Shown one piece after another: positions 12,987 to 28,102 of a DNA stretch of 64,000 bases. This DNA is from Octopus sinensis. Taxonomy: Eukaryota. Under the pieces are notes generated by a model, which ran no database searches, had not been told where the DNA came from, and saw nothing but the letters and a program-made list of their open reading frames with translations. Each line of letters begins with the position of its first letter. The first letter of the stretch is position 1. The position numbers and the translations under genes were made by a program. The stretch covers positions 60,264,001-60,328,000 of the forward strand of contig NC_042999.1 in NCBI RefSeq assembly GCF_006345805.1, read 5' to 3'.

Positions 12987-13555
12987 AGGCGGCTAGCTAA
13001 GTAAGAATCGTTTGCGCGCTGGGCGACATACTTAATGGTATTTCGTCTGCCGCTACGTTCTGAGTTCAAATCCCGCCGAGGTTGACTTTGCCTTTCATTC
13101 TTTCGGGGTCGATAAATTAAGTACCAATTACGAACTGGGGTCGATATAATCGATGTAATCGACTTAATCCGTTTGTCTGTCCTTGTTTGTCCCCCTCTGT
13201 GTTTAGCCCCTTGTGGGTAGTAAAGAAATAGGTATTTCGTCTGCCGTTACGTTCTGAGTTCAAATTCCGCCGAGGTCTACTTTGCCTTTCATCATTTCGG
13301 GGTCGATAAATTAAGTACCAGTTACGCACTGGGGCCTATGTAATCGACTTAATCCCTTTGTCTATCCTTATTTGTCCCCTCTATGTTTAGCCACTTGTAG
13401 GCAATAAAGAAATATGAAATGCTTAGTGGTAGTTCGCCCGTCGCTACGTTCTGCGTTCAAATTAAGCTGAGGTCGACTTTGCCTTTCATCCTTTCGGAGT
13501 CGATAATTTGATTCCCAGTGAAACACTGGGGTCCATATAATCGACTAGTCCCTAT
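12987..13555 (+). mobile_element. Three tandem copies of SINE family B (tRNA-like head; core resembles the Meta-type SINE domain as I recall it)
   Basis: The core gttcaaattccgccgaggtcgactttgcctttcatcctttcggggtcgataaattaagtaccag appears three times. Confidence 0.8.
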
Positions 13556-15041
13556 ACGCAACAAATTTGAAGCCTTGTGCCTCCAGCGGAAAGGATTATT
13601 AACACACCAACATAACGACAACCACTACCAATAATAATAAAACGACCAGTGGTGCCACTGCAGCTACCTCTTCTGCAACGAACAGACTACAGAGACATTG
13701 CTACTCACAATATTGTATAGAATCCGCCTCTCACAAACAAATAATACACTATAAATTGTAAATTCTTCTGTAATGTAATAACAATATCACTCATTAAATA
13801 TCAGCGCTCTTTTACGACTAAGTAACAATAGTTAAGTTCCTTAACTTAGAGACTCTGTGGCATCAATTCAGTCAATAAGCATTGCGCTTTCGGAAATGCT
13901 TATTATCAGGAAACGTGAAGCAGAAATACACATGACAAAATAAGTCATTTTCTGTACAAAATAGTAAACGAATTGCAGTCATGCACGTGGTGCGAATGAG
14001 TTTAGTGACACATTAATTTTAAGAATAAATTATGAAATGATGGAAATGTGGCTCACAAGATTTCTCAGCGAATATGTGAGAATTTTAGAACCACGAAGAA
14101 ACTTCCTCAATATTTTATTGTGTTCCTTTTGGGCCCTTTCTATCTTCTCAACACTAAATAGCCAGAAGCAAGATTCTCTCAAAATGCACAGCATAGGGAG
14201 AGGAAAGAGAAACTCCGTTTGAACTCACCGTAATGTTTGCTTCATAAATGATACTCTATGGTAATTTGCAAGATTACTACTTTACTAATTATGTAGCTCT
14301 TAACAACAATGTTAAGATGTCACCTACAAACCTATAGCAGAGTAGAAGGAAAATTAAATAAGAAACCAAACGAATCTGTCACTCAGCACCTCACAACAAG
14401 CGTTCGAAACGTATCTGGCCTGAGTTTTCGTATGACTCCTTCACCGTAATAACTACAGCAGTGAAGCACACAATTTTGTTTCCCTCTTCACAGCTATCTG
14501 ATCAAGAATTTTAACTACCCAGAATTTCCGTGTCCCCTCAGATTCTCTCGCCCTCAGTTTCACAACTACCATCATGTCAACCAGACCCGAAAATATTTTT
14601 AGACAAATGCAGCTCCTGGTATAAATAAAAAGCTTCACTGTCACACCACCTTTGCAAATAAACGGAAGCGCAACTGTTTCGTCACTTTTACGCGACAGAA
14701 TTTGCATATCACGAGATTATGCCACCTTCCGGATACCCCACCTTCCGGATTCTCAGCGCACACAGAAAATCTCGCAAAACCATGAAATTATGTTAACTTA
14801 ATGTTAACAAACTTCACCCGTAACAAGTATATTCTCAACAAAACATTTACTATACTAAACGTTTAGTTAGGATGCTGGATTCGCCATTAAGTGAATCTAA
14901 CATCCTAACAAAAACAAAAAGTGTTATAGAAATACTGACCAGACTCTTTCATACAAACCAGAGTACTAGCAATCAAATCATTCTTTTATTCTTTTACTTG
15001 TTTCAGTCATTTGACTGCGGCCATGCTGGGGCACCGCAGGC

Positions 15042-15236
15042 GAAATGCTTAACGGTATTTCGTCTGTGTTACGTTGTGAGTTCAAATTCCGCCGAGGTCG
15101 ACTTTGCCTTTCATCCTTTCGGGGTCGATAAATTAAGTACCAGTTACGCACTGGTGTCGATATAATCGACTTAATCCGTTTGTCTGTCATTGTTTGTCCC
15201 CTCTGTGTGTAGCCCCTTGTGGGCAGTAAAGAAATA
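15042..15236 (+). mobile_element. SINE family B copy
   Basis: Same core and the tail gccccttgtgggcagtaaagaaata. Confidence 0.8.
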
Positions 15237-15587
15237 AGAATATCTGTTTAGCAATCCAATCATCCGTCTATGGAAACTTCCATTTTTAAGTATTTACGAT
15301 TGGGGTTGATATTTGCACATTTAGTAGGACATGGAATCTAAGGTGATTACTTGTTTTCTTTTGTCTCAATGGCTTGTATGAAGATTGCTATTGATAGTAT
15401 TAATTGTGTGATGAAATGCAATGTAGGAGGCAGCTACTTTTTGCTTGTGGACAATGTCCTTCCCTTAATTATTTTCAATATATTTATCACGCTTAGAATA
15501 TCATATAAACTTGTTTTTGTTTTGTTTCTTTTTTTTCTTTTCTTGCGTTATTGATATTTGTAGATTTTCCTGTTAGTTTGTTAGCAT

Positions 15588-15982
15588 AGGCGCAGGAGTG
15601 GCTGTGTGTTAAGTAGCTTGCTTACCAACCACATGGTTCCAGGTTCAGTCTCACTGCGTGGCACCTTGGGCAAGTGTCTTCTACTACAGTCTCGGGCCGA
15701 CCAAAGCCTTGTGCGTGGATTTGGTAGACGGAAACTGAAATAAGCCCATTGTATATATGTATATATATATGTTTGTGTGTGTGTGTGTGTGTGTCTGTGT
15801 GTGTATGTTTGTCTGTCTGTGTTTGTTCCCTCAGCATCGCTTGACAACCGATGCTGGTATGTTTACGTCCCCTTAACTTAGCGGTTCGGCAACGGAGACC
15901 GATAGAATAAGTACTAAGCTTACAAAGAATATGTCCTGGGGTCGATTTGCTCGACTAAAGGCGGTGCCCCAGCATGGCCGCC
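15588..15982 (+). mobile_element. SINE family A copy
   Basis: aggcgcaggagtggctgtgtgttaag head, ggttcagtc B-box-like motif and family tail. Confidence 0.85.
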
Positions 15983-16840
15983 GCCTTTGCTAAACAGATA
16001 TTCTGCCTCCTTTTTCATCCTAAACGAGACCCACAGGAACAACCACCACATATATGTTCTTCTTTCGTAAAATTGATGGTGACCTAAGAAGGGAGAAGCA
16101 ACCTATTTCTGTTTACTATTCACTTTACCACAGATTCACACAATATATCTTGCCCCAAAAGTTACGAGGTCAGTTTCACTGAGTCTCTGAACTCAATAAA
16201 ACTGACTACATAAGCATAATAAAGTTTCACAGGATACATCAAGCTTGTTTACTGCGTTCCCAGATGTACGTCAATAAGATTAATTTCCTTGTACCTTAAT
16301 CGTAATCCGGAAAGCATATTAATGATAGAGCAATTTCAAGTTTTCTTGAGTAGAAACCATCTCAATCGTAGAGAAAGAAGCAGGAGACACGCTGTTTAAA
16401 TTTATGGATTGTCAATTCCAGTCGTAATTTCTGATTTAGCCAACAGGGAACAACAAAGTCCTTGTGAATCAACTGTTGAGCAACCAATTCAACATTGTCC
16501 ATAATTTCACAGCTGAAAACCCTTTGCCCAGACCAGTATATTAAACAGTGTAATCTTAGTTAGCAGCATTCAAAATCCTATGCAAGTATACTCCAATTTC
16601 TACGCATTTGATAATATACATCTGCGAAAGAAAGGCTTGCAGACCGAACTTTCACTTACATTTCAGGCAGATCGTCAAGTATATAATTGGTATTACATAC
16701 TGAAACTCTAATCCGTTACAACCTGTAATTAAAAGAGTCCCCAAAAGGGCAAATGTATTAGGAATATTGTAAGTTTAAATTTAAGGATATGATAAACCAA
16801 AATACCATCAGCAGCAACAGCAGCATCAACAGCAACAGCA

Positions 16841-17632
16841 AAGTGGAGGCGCAATGGCCCAGCGGTTAGGGCAGCGGACTCGCAGTTTCGATTCCCAGAC
16901 CGAGCGTTGTGTGGGTTTATTGAGCGAAAACACCTAATGCTCCACGATGCTCCGGCAGGGAGTGTTGGCGACCCCTGTTGTACTCTTTGGCCCCAACATT
17001 CTCTCACTCTTTCTTCCTGTTTCTTGTCCCTGACTTCCTACGCAACCGCTGAGCCTGGATGCGCATTCATCCACCCGTCGATGCTTTCGGTGTCGGGGGG
17101 TGACCTGCTTTCTCTTCTGCGGGTCTTACGAATAGCAAAGGACCACGATTCGGACTTCTCCCATCTTGCGAGCTCTGGGACGAAGACCGCTTCGCTCAAC
17201 AGCAACAGCAACAGTATCAACAGACACAGCAGGCATATCACTTACAATCAACAGCAATAGAAATGCTCGAATAACTGTCACGAACATTAAAAACTCTCTT
17301 TAGGAGACTAGGCCATGGCCAAAATTAAATATATATATATATAGCGGAGATCGCGGTCAGAGGTTCGCGGTTTCGATTCCCAGATCGGGCGTTATGTGTG
17401 TTTATTGAGCGAAAATACCTAAAGCTCCACGAGGCTCCGGCAGTGGGGTGGTGGCGATCCCTGCTGTACTCTTTCGCCACAACTTTCTCTCACTCTTTCT
17501 TCTCTTAGCCTGCTCGCTTAGCCAGCGGGGTGGCGTCATTTGAGGGCTAAAACAATGCGAAGCGCATTGTGACCAGCGATGTGTAGCAACATCTGATAAC
17601 CTGGTCTGTACGTGATCCCGTGATATACATAA
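16841..17632 (+). mobile_element. Two SINE family C copies (tRNA-like head gtggaggcgcaatggcccag)
   Basis: A-box-like tggcccagcggtt and B-box-like gtttcgattccc. Homologous to 28103-28720, 34853-35378 and 56120-56403. Confidence 0.8.
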
Positions 17633-17656
17633 ATGTGTGTATGTATATATATATAC

Positions 17657-17714
<58 letters not shown>

Positions 17715-17721
17715 TATATAC

Positions 17722-17767
<46 letters not shown>

Positions 17768-19794
17768 TAAGTGAGTGTGTATGTGCGGGCGCGCATGTGT
17801 GTGTTTGTGTATGTATTATAGGGTGTAGCTTCTGCATGCTGTGCGATCTTTAATAATAAATACGATCTGCAATCGAACACACCGGAAAAATGCAACCAGT
17901 TCCTTTTTCCTATTTTTCAAGAATAAAATCTCTTCATAGCCAATAAAAGAGAATGCCATAACCGGTTTCGATTCTAGTTTGGATGTTTTTCAGATGCCAC
18001 ACACATTTGTTTGTCCATGAAGCAATATACCTTAAAAATCTTTATATAGACTCTGCCATTAAGAACCTCACTAAAACGCTAATTCCGATTTGCATATATA
18101 ATGCATCACTGGCAAGTGGTTGATGTATAAACAGTTACATACGGTATGTCAGCAGTGCAAGTTACATAAGTAAATGTAGGATATATATTTACATAGAGTA
18201 GTATAACAACGTGGCATGTGTAAAGAATATAGACCAGGTTTGAAACCATTCTTCATGGTGAGATTATTAAAATTAGATTTGAATTCACATATCTCAGTAT
18301 GCAACACACACATTGTGTGTATGTATATATGCATGTATGTACGTATGTAAGTCTGTCTGTCTATATGTATGTGTGTGTTTATATGTATGTGTAAATTAGT
18401 GTTTGTGTACATTTGAGACAGGTATTTAAATAGGCATGACAAATTTTTATTTGGTATATGTTTGATATTTAAATAATAAAATGTATAATATTTTCCCCTG
18501 TAGAGTCTCTGTGCTAAAAAAAGTTTAAATATCATAAACAAAAATTGGTAGCATATAAACTCCAATTTCCTTTTCAAAACTTTTAGCAAAACATTAATGA
18601 GTTTATAGAGAATAAACTAAAAGTAAAAAGAAAAAATAGAGGAAAAAGGAAACAAAACAAAAATTAAAAAGAAACAAAACTACAGCAACAACAGAAATAA
18701 CAAGGAAATATTTCGTAAAATAAAGTTATACTAGAGATTATGAAGAAATAAATTTGAAAAAGAAAAAGGAAAAGATGAATTAATATACAGAAACTGTGGC
18801 GAATTTGCCTAAAGCGCAGTAAAGTAAATAAATATTCATGCATTTTCATGAAGAGAATCTCTGTTCAATTTTAATACGCTTCTGTTTGTTTGAATATATG
18901 TTTAAATTAACAGCATTTATCTCTATGTTATATAGTTTTTCTATACGACTTGAAGTGAATTAAAATCTATCCTCCACCCCGCTTCTTCAACATTTTATTA
19001 CAGAATATCTGTGACTTTCTGGTTATGAAATTTATAACTCTGTTATATTTTCTCCTACTCAACAAAATTGTATGTATTTTTCTGTCCTTTATCTTTCGTT
19101 TTATTAATTTCCTGTCATACTGTCGTGACAGAAATTTTTGCCGCAGAATAAAATTAGATATTGCCAGAGACTAAAACTATAATGGGGGGCATCAGGACAC
19201 ACTCATTATGTTTAGAGTTTAGAACCTCATCACTTTCGACCAATGGTTATAGTGGTGCTGGTGCTAGTGTTGATATTATTATCATTATTGAGTGAGAGAG
19301 CAGTGCATGCCATCAAAGTGACACTGGGGTAAAATATACGAAGCCCAGTATACTCATCATGACTACCCATCCGATAAAGGTACCCCAGGCACATGCATCA
19401 CAACCATATGTGCGCGACATGGTGATCCCATATCAAGATAAACAGCGCATGACCTTGCAGGTGGGTCCCTGATTAAGGATTGTTTAAGGATGTTGAACGA
19501 AACACGCATGTTTCCAGAGGTGAATAATCCAAACCCCAAAGAATCCCTCTCAACACATTGCTACGATGGTCCCCAACTACTTCTGCTCGTGATCAGAGAG
19601 GCACACATCGTCAGCCACTAAGGGACATGGTCAACTGGTTAAGGTGAAACAACTGACAAGTAAATCTGTAGTATTGAGCCGAATATTTGCTGTAGCCCAT
19701 CTTTTATACCAAGGCAAAACAATGTACGTGATAACACTTCCAGTCACTTAAGCTCAGAAGCCACGAGAGCCACTACCTGGTATTGCATCAGGGC

Positions 19795-19799
<5 letters not shown>

Positions 19800-19832
<33 letters not shown>

Positions 19833-19933
19833 GTAGTAGTAGTAGTAGTATGAGTAGTAGTAGTAGTAGTACTAGCAGCAGTAGTAGTAGTAGTAGCAGT
19901 AGCAGCAGTAGTAGCAGTAGTAGTAGTAGTAGC

Positions 19934-20001
<68 letters not shown>

Positions 20002-20035
20002 GTGGTGGTGCAGTAGTAGCAGTAGCAGCAGTTGT
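19800..20035. repeat. Compound (TTA)n/(TAG)n/(CAG) microsatellite
   Basis: Direct reading. Confidence 0.95.
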
Positions 20036-20461
20036 TTTTTGTTCAAATGTGTTTCCACCAGGATTATGATGTTCTTCTCTGGAGAATTGCACACATAGGA
20101 ATTCCTTATAAAGTGTCGCACCGCGTCAAGATGTCAGAGTGTAGTCTGAAAGCAATTGGCTTTTATTCCGTCTAGGCCGAGCGACTGCCTTACACATGCT
20201 ATTCACAACTTCCAAAGAGGCCGGAATGTATCTAGCAGAAGGGCCTCACTGCTGGACGATTTCCGTCTGCTCCTGATATATTCGTGTCTTTTAACACAGC
20301 AGGTTCATAAGAAATACTGTCGGATGAATTTCAGCAGTAAATGAATTGCTTTTCACAATGTCATACACTAAGTATGATACACAGACGACTACTCACTCAT
20401 TGAATTCATCCACTTGATGACGAGGGAAAATGTTAATAGAAAAGTCTTAGAATAATTCATC

Positions 20462-20639
20462 AGGCGTAGGAGTGGCTTGCTTCACAACCACATGGTTCCG
20501 GGTTCAGTCCCACCGCGTGAAACCTTGGGCAAGTGTCTTCTACGATAGCCTCGGGCCGATCAAAGACTTGTGAGTGGATTTGGTAGACGGAAACTGAAAG
20601 AATCCCGTCGTATATATGTATATGTATGTGTGTGTGTGT

Positions 20640-20675
<36 letters not shown>

Positions 20676-20878
20676 TGTGTCTGTGTTTGTCCCCCAACAT
20701 CGCTTGACAACCGATGCTGGTGTGCTTACGTACCCGTAAATTAGCGGTTTGGCAACAAAAACCGATAGAATAATTACTAGGCTTACAAAGAATAAGTCCT
20801 GGGGTCGATTTGCTCGACTAAAGTCGGTGCTCCAATATGGCCACAGTCAAATGACCGAAACAAGTAAAAGAGTAAAGG
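20462..20878 (+). mobile_element. SINE family A copy
   Basis: Family head, internal (GT)n and tail agtaaaagagtaaagg. Confidence 0.85.
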
Positions 20879-21465
20879 ATACTTTAAATAATACAAAGGT
20901 TTGTGGTGGGTGAAATAAGAATGTAAATATATTCTTTCTATGCAATTAAAGAGGAAGGGAGTTTTCTAACGACACATTCCACGATTTGTAGATGGCTGCT
21001 CAATGAGGACGTATCCGGCTTCTCTCGCCAAACTATAGAATAGATCAAGTGCTATATGAAGCAGCCATAAATTAGGCTAGCACTGTGATGGACAATCTAC
21101 TTTGCATATTCATGCTTTTCATAGTTCCTATTTATGTAAACAATATCTATTTTACGAATAGCAAAATGTAAATCAAAGGAAATACAATTTTAAATATTAA
21201 AGCGCTTCACTGTGGGTGAAATAAGAATGTAATAACTCTCTTTCTATGCAACCAATGTGAGGAAAACAGTATAATGAAGTCTTTTGACGGACTGTTTAGC
21301 AGTTTGTTGAACTCTCTTCAGAGTGGTACTGGGCGTCTTTCTCCAATGGGTAGTATACTTCGGCTACCGCATAATGCAGGTATAAATTGTGCTAGCACCG
21401 TGGTGGATAGTTTAATTTGTATATTTTTATCTTTGGTGACTCGTCGGTAAATAATATATATTTCT

Positions 21466-21690
21466 TTACTACCCAGAAGGGGCTAAACACAGAGGGGGAC
21501 AAACAAGGACGGACAAAGGGATTAAGTCGATTACATCGATCCCAGTACGTAAATGGTACTTAATTTATCGACTCCGAAAGGTTGAAAGGCAAAGTCGACC
21601 TCAGCGGAATTTGAACTCAGAACGTAACGGCAGACGAAATATGATTAAGTATTTCACCTGGCGTGCTAATGTTTCTGCCAGCTCGCCGCC
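21466..21690 (-). mobile_element. SINE family B copy
   Basis: Reverse complement of the family-B core. Confidence 0.8.
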
Positions 21691-22018
21691 CTTCAGTAAA
21701 TAATATATATTTTGCTCACAGTCCGTGGGCGCATGAAATAAGATGGAAAAAATATGCTGAGCAATTACTAGCAGGCAGTTGGATAAGTAACATTAGGAGA
21801 TATCTGATTTGTGCACCACAGAGTGAGAATGACAGAGCAAAGCTGCAGCTGTTGTTGCTCAGTAAATTTCAATCCCGTGAAAAAGACGTTGTCTAACATT
21901 ACTTTCGAAAGAGACAATAAGATGCGGTAGAGAAGTGTTTGGTGTATCAATTCAGTGTTCTCTCTGTTAGTCTATGTTTACTTTCAATCTGTGGATTGCA
22001 GCCAAACTCTGTGTGTGC

Positions 22019-22132
<114 letters not shown>

Positions 22133-22241
22133 TGTGTGTGTGTGTGTTTTTAGGATAGATAAGAAGTATTTCGTTTTCGTATTTGGTTTGTAAGATTCTT
22201 TATATGAGTTCGTGTCTTGAAGCATATTCTGTTGTGTCTGG

Positions 22242-22398
22242 GGAGAATCATTTTCTTTTTGTGCCTTATAATGTAACACACTCACCTGTAAAATTTCCAC
22301 TTATTTCTTATTTCTATTTTTCATTTTTATAAAAAATAAGTGGAAATTTTACCGGTGAGTGTGTTACATTATAAGGCACAAAAAGAAAATGACTCTCC
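22242..22398. repeat. ~65-bp inverted repeat (palindrome); the arm is related to 54648-54730
   Basis: ggagaatcattttctttttgtgccttataatgtaacacactcacc... is mirrored at 22334-22398. Confidence 0.85.
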
Positions 22399-25025
22399 AC
22401 AGATACAATAGATAAGAAGTGATAATGTCTTTTTGAATAAGGTTATGAGATATGTCGCAACATTTGAATCTTGGATGATGTGAAAAATAAATGTTTCGTT
22501 CCCATTATCAATTCATTTTACCTTTTTTGTGAGAGGAAATAAAAAAATTATTTCATAATTAGCTACTTCAGAATAATGGTAATTAAAATACAAATGTACA
22601 TGCATCTTGCTTAAAAAATATTTATTATCTATCATGGCTGGACTATGGTTGGAACCTGGACACGAGAGAAAAATTTTCCAGTGGAAAAGAAAAAAAAAAA
22701 TCTGTAAGCATTTGAATGAGAAATATGTTTCACTCTTAATAGTTTTGTTTTACCATTTCAAATCAAACAGCACAAAAAGTTCTTTGTAACAGTAAATTTC
22801 TATAAAATGTTGCAAAATGCTTTGGGGAAGACTTCAAAGATAGCAATGTATCTTCATAACGTCATGAAATTTATTTATCCAATACTAGATTGCGTGTAAT
22901 AATTTTCATTACTTCCATAAGTAGTACAAGTAATAACATAACTCACTGATACCTTACTGAAAATCAAAAGTGTTTTTATTACATTAAGTCGAGACCGAGG
23001 ATGTCTCTAGCTTTCAACTACGTAAACGAATTATTAGTGTATATTCACCAAATTGATGTACCATTCATTAGCGGATATAGAATACTTTTTCATTGAGCTT
23101 AATACATCCTTTACGAACTTCTAGGCAACAGAAGTTTCTTCGGTGCAATTCTAGAAAAATGTACTGATTTCAAGACACAATATGCGGGTGACATTCGTTG
23201 CAATAACATCGTGCAATAATCTTTAACTAACCACTGTGACATTACTTCACATCAAACAGATTATAAGACTTGTTTTTGAACAGAATCTGTTATTTGGATA
23301 CACTAATGATGCATCTGGTTCCGATAGACACATATTAAATATCTGCAATATCCATTTACCTGTTGCGCTATGTTAGAGATCAAAGGAACTAGATGAAAAA
23401 TATATAGATTACATGTGGAAACGAAAATAACACCGAAATCGTTTTAACTGGTGCGATATAATACACACACATACACACACGCACACACACATAAACGGTC
23501 ATACACGCACGAACACACACGCATATATACACAAATATGAGTTTGTATAAATACTGATATATAGATGTGTGTATATATATATATATATGTATGTATATGT
23601 ATATATATATACACATATATATATTATATGTTATACATATATATATATATTCATATGATATATATATATATATATACACACATATATATTATATATATAT
23701 ATATATATGCATATATATATTGTATATATATATATATATATATATTTGTATATATATACATATATACATATATATATATATATATGCATATATATATTTG
23801 TGTATATATATTATATATATATATATATGCATATTAGAAAATATATATTTTTGTTTCGTAATTAGAGATTTCAGATATAAAACGTAGCACGTACAATCAG
23901 TGATCTTGTATCATTCAATTAACAGTGGATACTTTTATTTTTATTTTATATGACGAAAGAACAATATTTGAAAGTTTCGTTTGTGTGAGTTTCTGAGATA
24001 ATTTCAATTAAATAAAATGTTAGAAGCAAGGAAATAAAAGTCACACACACACACACACACACATATATAGATTTATATCTTTCATCTTAACAATTTCAGG
24101 TGTAGGGTTTATCAGTGATTATTTTGAATGTTATCACCGTTTATTATTTTTTTATACTCCGAGTTAAGAAAATATAACACAATACAGATAATGAGATCAA
24201 GCTTATTTCATTATCTCAAGCACAACATGAGTCGAAACACTTGGATAATTGTGACTTCATCCAGATATATTGATACTACTTCTGCATCTATGAATGGTAT
24301 GTTACAGAATTATATATATTATAATGGTTTAAGAAGTAAATATAATGTGTAAAGAAATATAATGTGCGAAGAGAGAAAGGAATAACAGAAGAAATGTTGA
24401 AAATAATATAACGAGGAGGAAAACATGACAGAAATGAAAACGGAATTATGTTTTAAAAGTGGTAGTACGAAGGGGAGATAATTCACTGTGCATTATCTAA
24501 ACAGCGATTTCATGTTTTATTGTGGAATTCAACAAAGACTCTATACATTCTCAACATCTTATATGTAATGTAATTTTAAATATCACTCTGAATAAACATG
24601 TAACGAAACAAGATTAAGAATTGTGTATAAATTCAATATATTCATTAACAGTCTACAGTACATTAAATTCATCTGGCGTAAGTAATGTTGTTATCTAAAC
24701 AACCGCTGCAGAGATGATGGAGAGAATGACTTAGCATTCAAAATAACAATGCTATTACTATGACGAACCAATGAAGGAGACAACGTGTTTATCAAATCTT
24801 GTAGGAAAAAAAAACAACAAAGATATATTTCATTCATATCGCACAACACTATCTCAAAAATGATTAACAAGTCACTTCCATGGAACCTAGAATTTCCACG
24901 GATCCCTATAGTTGTAATTATTCTGCTGGCATTTATTAATAACATAAAGTTCTATATTTAAGAGATGAGGAATTATGTACGTTATTTACATTTGACGGAT
25001 ATTTGTCCTCGTCTTGTTTGTTGTT

Positions 25026-25071
25026 AACACAACGTTTCGGCTGATATACCTTCCAGCCTTCATCAGGTGAC
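25026..25071 (-). ncRNA. Minimal type I hammerhead (PLE-type)
   Basis: Minus strand: gtCAC CUGAUGA a GGCUG..CAGCC GAAA CG UU^GUG. Stem III is the palindrome ACGU. Confidence 0.75.
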
Positions 25072-25456
25072 TTAGGGAAATTTCGAACCTGGGTTCTCAT
25101 TCCTAAGGTATTTTTCGATTTTTTTGTTATTATTATTATTATTTTTATTATTATTATTATTATTATTACTATTACTATTATTATTATTATTATTATTATT
25201 ACTATTACTATTATTATTATTATTATTATATTATTATTACAATTACTATTACTATTATTACTATTACTATTATTATTATTATTATTATTATTATTTTATT
25301 ATTATTATTATTATTCGGGCCACTGCCTGGAATCGAATTCGGAATCTTGGGGTTAGTAGCCTGCGCTCGTAACCACTACGCCATATGTCCGTGGTCGTAT
25401 TAGTTAAAAGCGCGGGCTACTAAGCCCAAAATTCCGAGTTAGATTCCAGGCAGTGA

Positions 25457-25492
<36 letters not shown>

Positions 25493-25520
25493 CAATAATA
25501 ATAATAATAATAATAATAAT

Positions 25521-26309
<789 letters not shown>

Positions 26310-26414
26310 GAAGAAGAAGAAGAAGAGAAGAAGAAGAAGAAGAAGAAGAACAACAACAACAACAACAACGGAAAATACCTTAGGAATGAGAATCCAGGTT
26401 CGAAATTTACCCAA

Positions 26415-26460
26415 GACACTTGATGAAGGCTGGAGGGTATATCAGCTGAAACGTTGTGTT
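26415..26460 (+). ncRNA. Minimal hammerhead, C3U core variant
   Basis: GACAC tTGATGA a ggctg..cagct GAAA CG TT^GTGTT, with a 5-bp stem I. Confidence 0.6.
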
Positions 26461-27599
26461 AACAACAAACAAAATGAGGACAAATATTCTTCAAATATAA
26501 ATAATGTAAATAATATAAATAATGTACATAAAGAAACTGAAAATGTAGAGACAAAAAGAGAAGGAAATCTGAAAAATAACAGCGTAAGAAAATTTTCTTG
26601 TTCTTATTTTTTTGTTACTTTGGTCAGTAAGTATTAATCTTTATTTGCTTCTTATTAGAAATCGAAGAAAATGAGAATTATTTCCTTCAAATTTTGCTTT
26701 TGTGACCTGGACATCAATGTTTTAAAACTGACCTATTTTCCATTACATTTCAGTCAGATTCAATGCTGAGTTACTGAAGCAGAAATATCGTTATAGCAAA
26801 TATTCTGCTCAATACAATAGATTTGCTTGTCAGTTGCTTGACCCTAATCACTCGAGTAAGTCCCTTAGCGGCTGGCAATATGTGTTACTCTTATCACGAG
26901 CAGGAATAGTGCGGGTATATCATAGCTATGAGTTGAGAGGAATTCCTTGAAGTTTGAATAAATGTAACAAATGCAACGCTTGAAGGAAATGTTAGCCATT
27001 ATTCATAATTTCAAGGGGTACGCAAACAGGAAATAGCATTTGCTAACCAAGGAAAACATTTGTGTTACAAGGTATAATCTAAGCTTCTAATAAGTATACT
27101 TTGAAATACTCTGTAATTCTATGCAGTATATATTCCCAAGATATTCCTTGAATTATTTAATTAAATGTATGCGAGCCAGAGTGTGATTACCTATATTTCC
27201 AAAAGCCGTCCTAGAAATAGCATCTAAATTTCTCTCAAATCTAAACGTGACGAGTATTCTTTTATTGTTTTATTTATTTCAGTCACACATATGTTTCATA
27301 CACACATATCTGTATGATGTTTAAGTTTCTTTGTATTTTTCCCTACACTACTTGACAACCATTTGTTGGTTTGTTTGCATCCCCATTACAAAAGAGGCTG
27401 CTAAAAATATGTAACAAACCTAAAAAGAATCTGTACTGGGAGCAATTTGTTCGATGATATCCTGAAAGGTGGTGTCCCAGTATGGCCACAGTCCAATGAC
27501 CGAAACAAATAAATATATTCTACCTGTAAATGCCTAACACAAACTCATTTATATATTTATGAACACACACGCACACACACACACACGTATATGCATGTA

Positions 27600-27666
<67 letters not shown>

Positions 27667-27668
<2 letters not shown>

Positions 27669-27817
27669 TTGTGTGGTAAGAAGCTTGCTTCTCAACCACA
27701 TGGTTCCGGGTTCTGTCCCACTGCGTGACATATTGGGTGAGTGTATTTTACTATAGCTTCGTGCCGATCAAAGCCTTGTGAGTGGATTTGGTAGACGGAA
27801 ACTGAAAGTAGCTCATC

Positions 27818-27870
<53 letters not shown>

Positions 27871-28045
27871 CATATGTATGTATGTATGTATGTATGTATG
27901 TTGTATGTATGTATGTATGTATGTATGTATGTATGTATGTATGTATGTATGTGTATGTATGTATGTATGTATGTATGTATGTATGTATGTAGTATGTATG
28001 TATGTATGTATTTGTGCATCTGTGTTTGTTCCCCGCCATTTAGAC
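27667..28045 (+). mobile_element. SINE family A copy with internal (TATG)n
   Basis: Family head and body. Confidence 0.75.
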
Positions 28046-28102
28046 AATTCCGCATTTCTTATACAAGGGAAATCGCAGAATTTATACAGCGCAATACTTA
28101 AC

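Noticed and set aside
14453-14707. Minus-strand 84-aa ORF with protein-like composition
   Set aside because: No recognisable domain and no supported splice context.
16370-16530. Possible minus-strand exon (CEIMDNVELVAQQLIHKDFVVPCWLNQK) after ttttcag
   Set aside because: Not recognised, no clear donor site and no neighbouring exons; it would need RNA-seq or homology support.
21715-21896. Possible plus-strand exon after tttgctcacag
   Set aside because: Short, unrecognised and ends in a stop; the ORF start lies in a SINE.
25313-25463. Functional tRNA genes
   Set aside because: No acceptor stem closure and an imperfect anticodon stem; these are SINE-type tRNA-derived heads.
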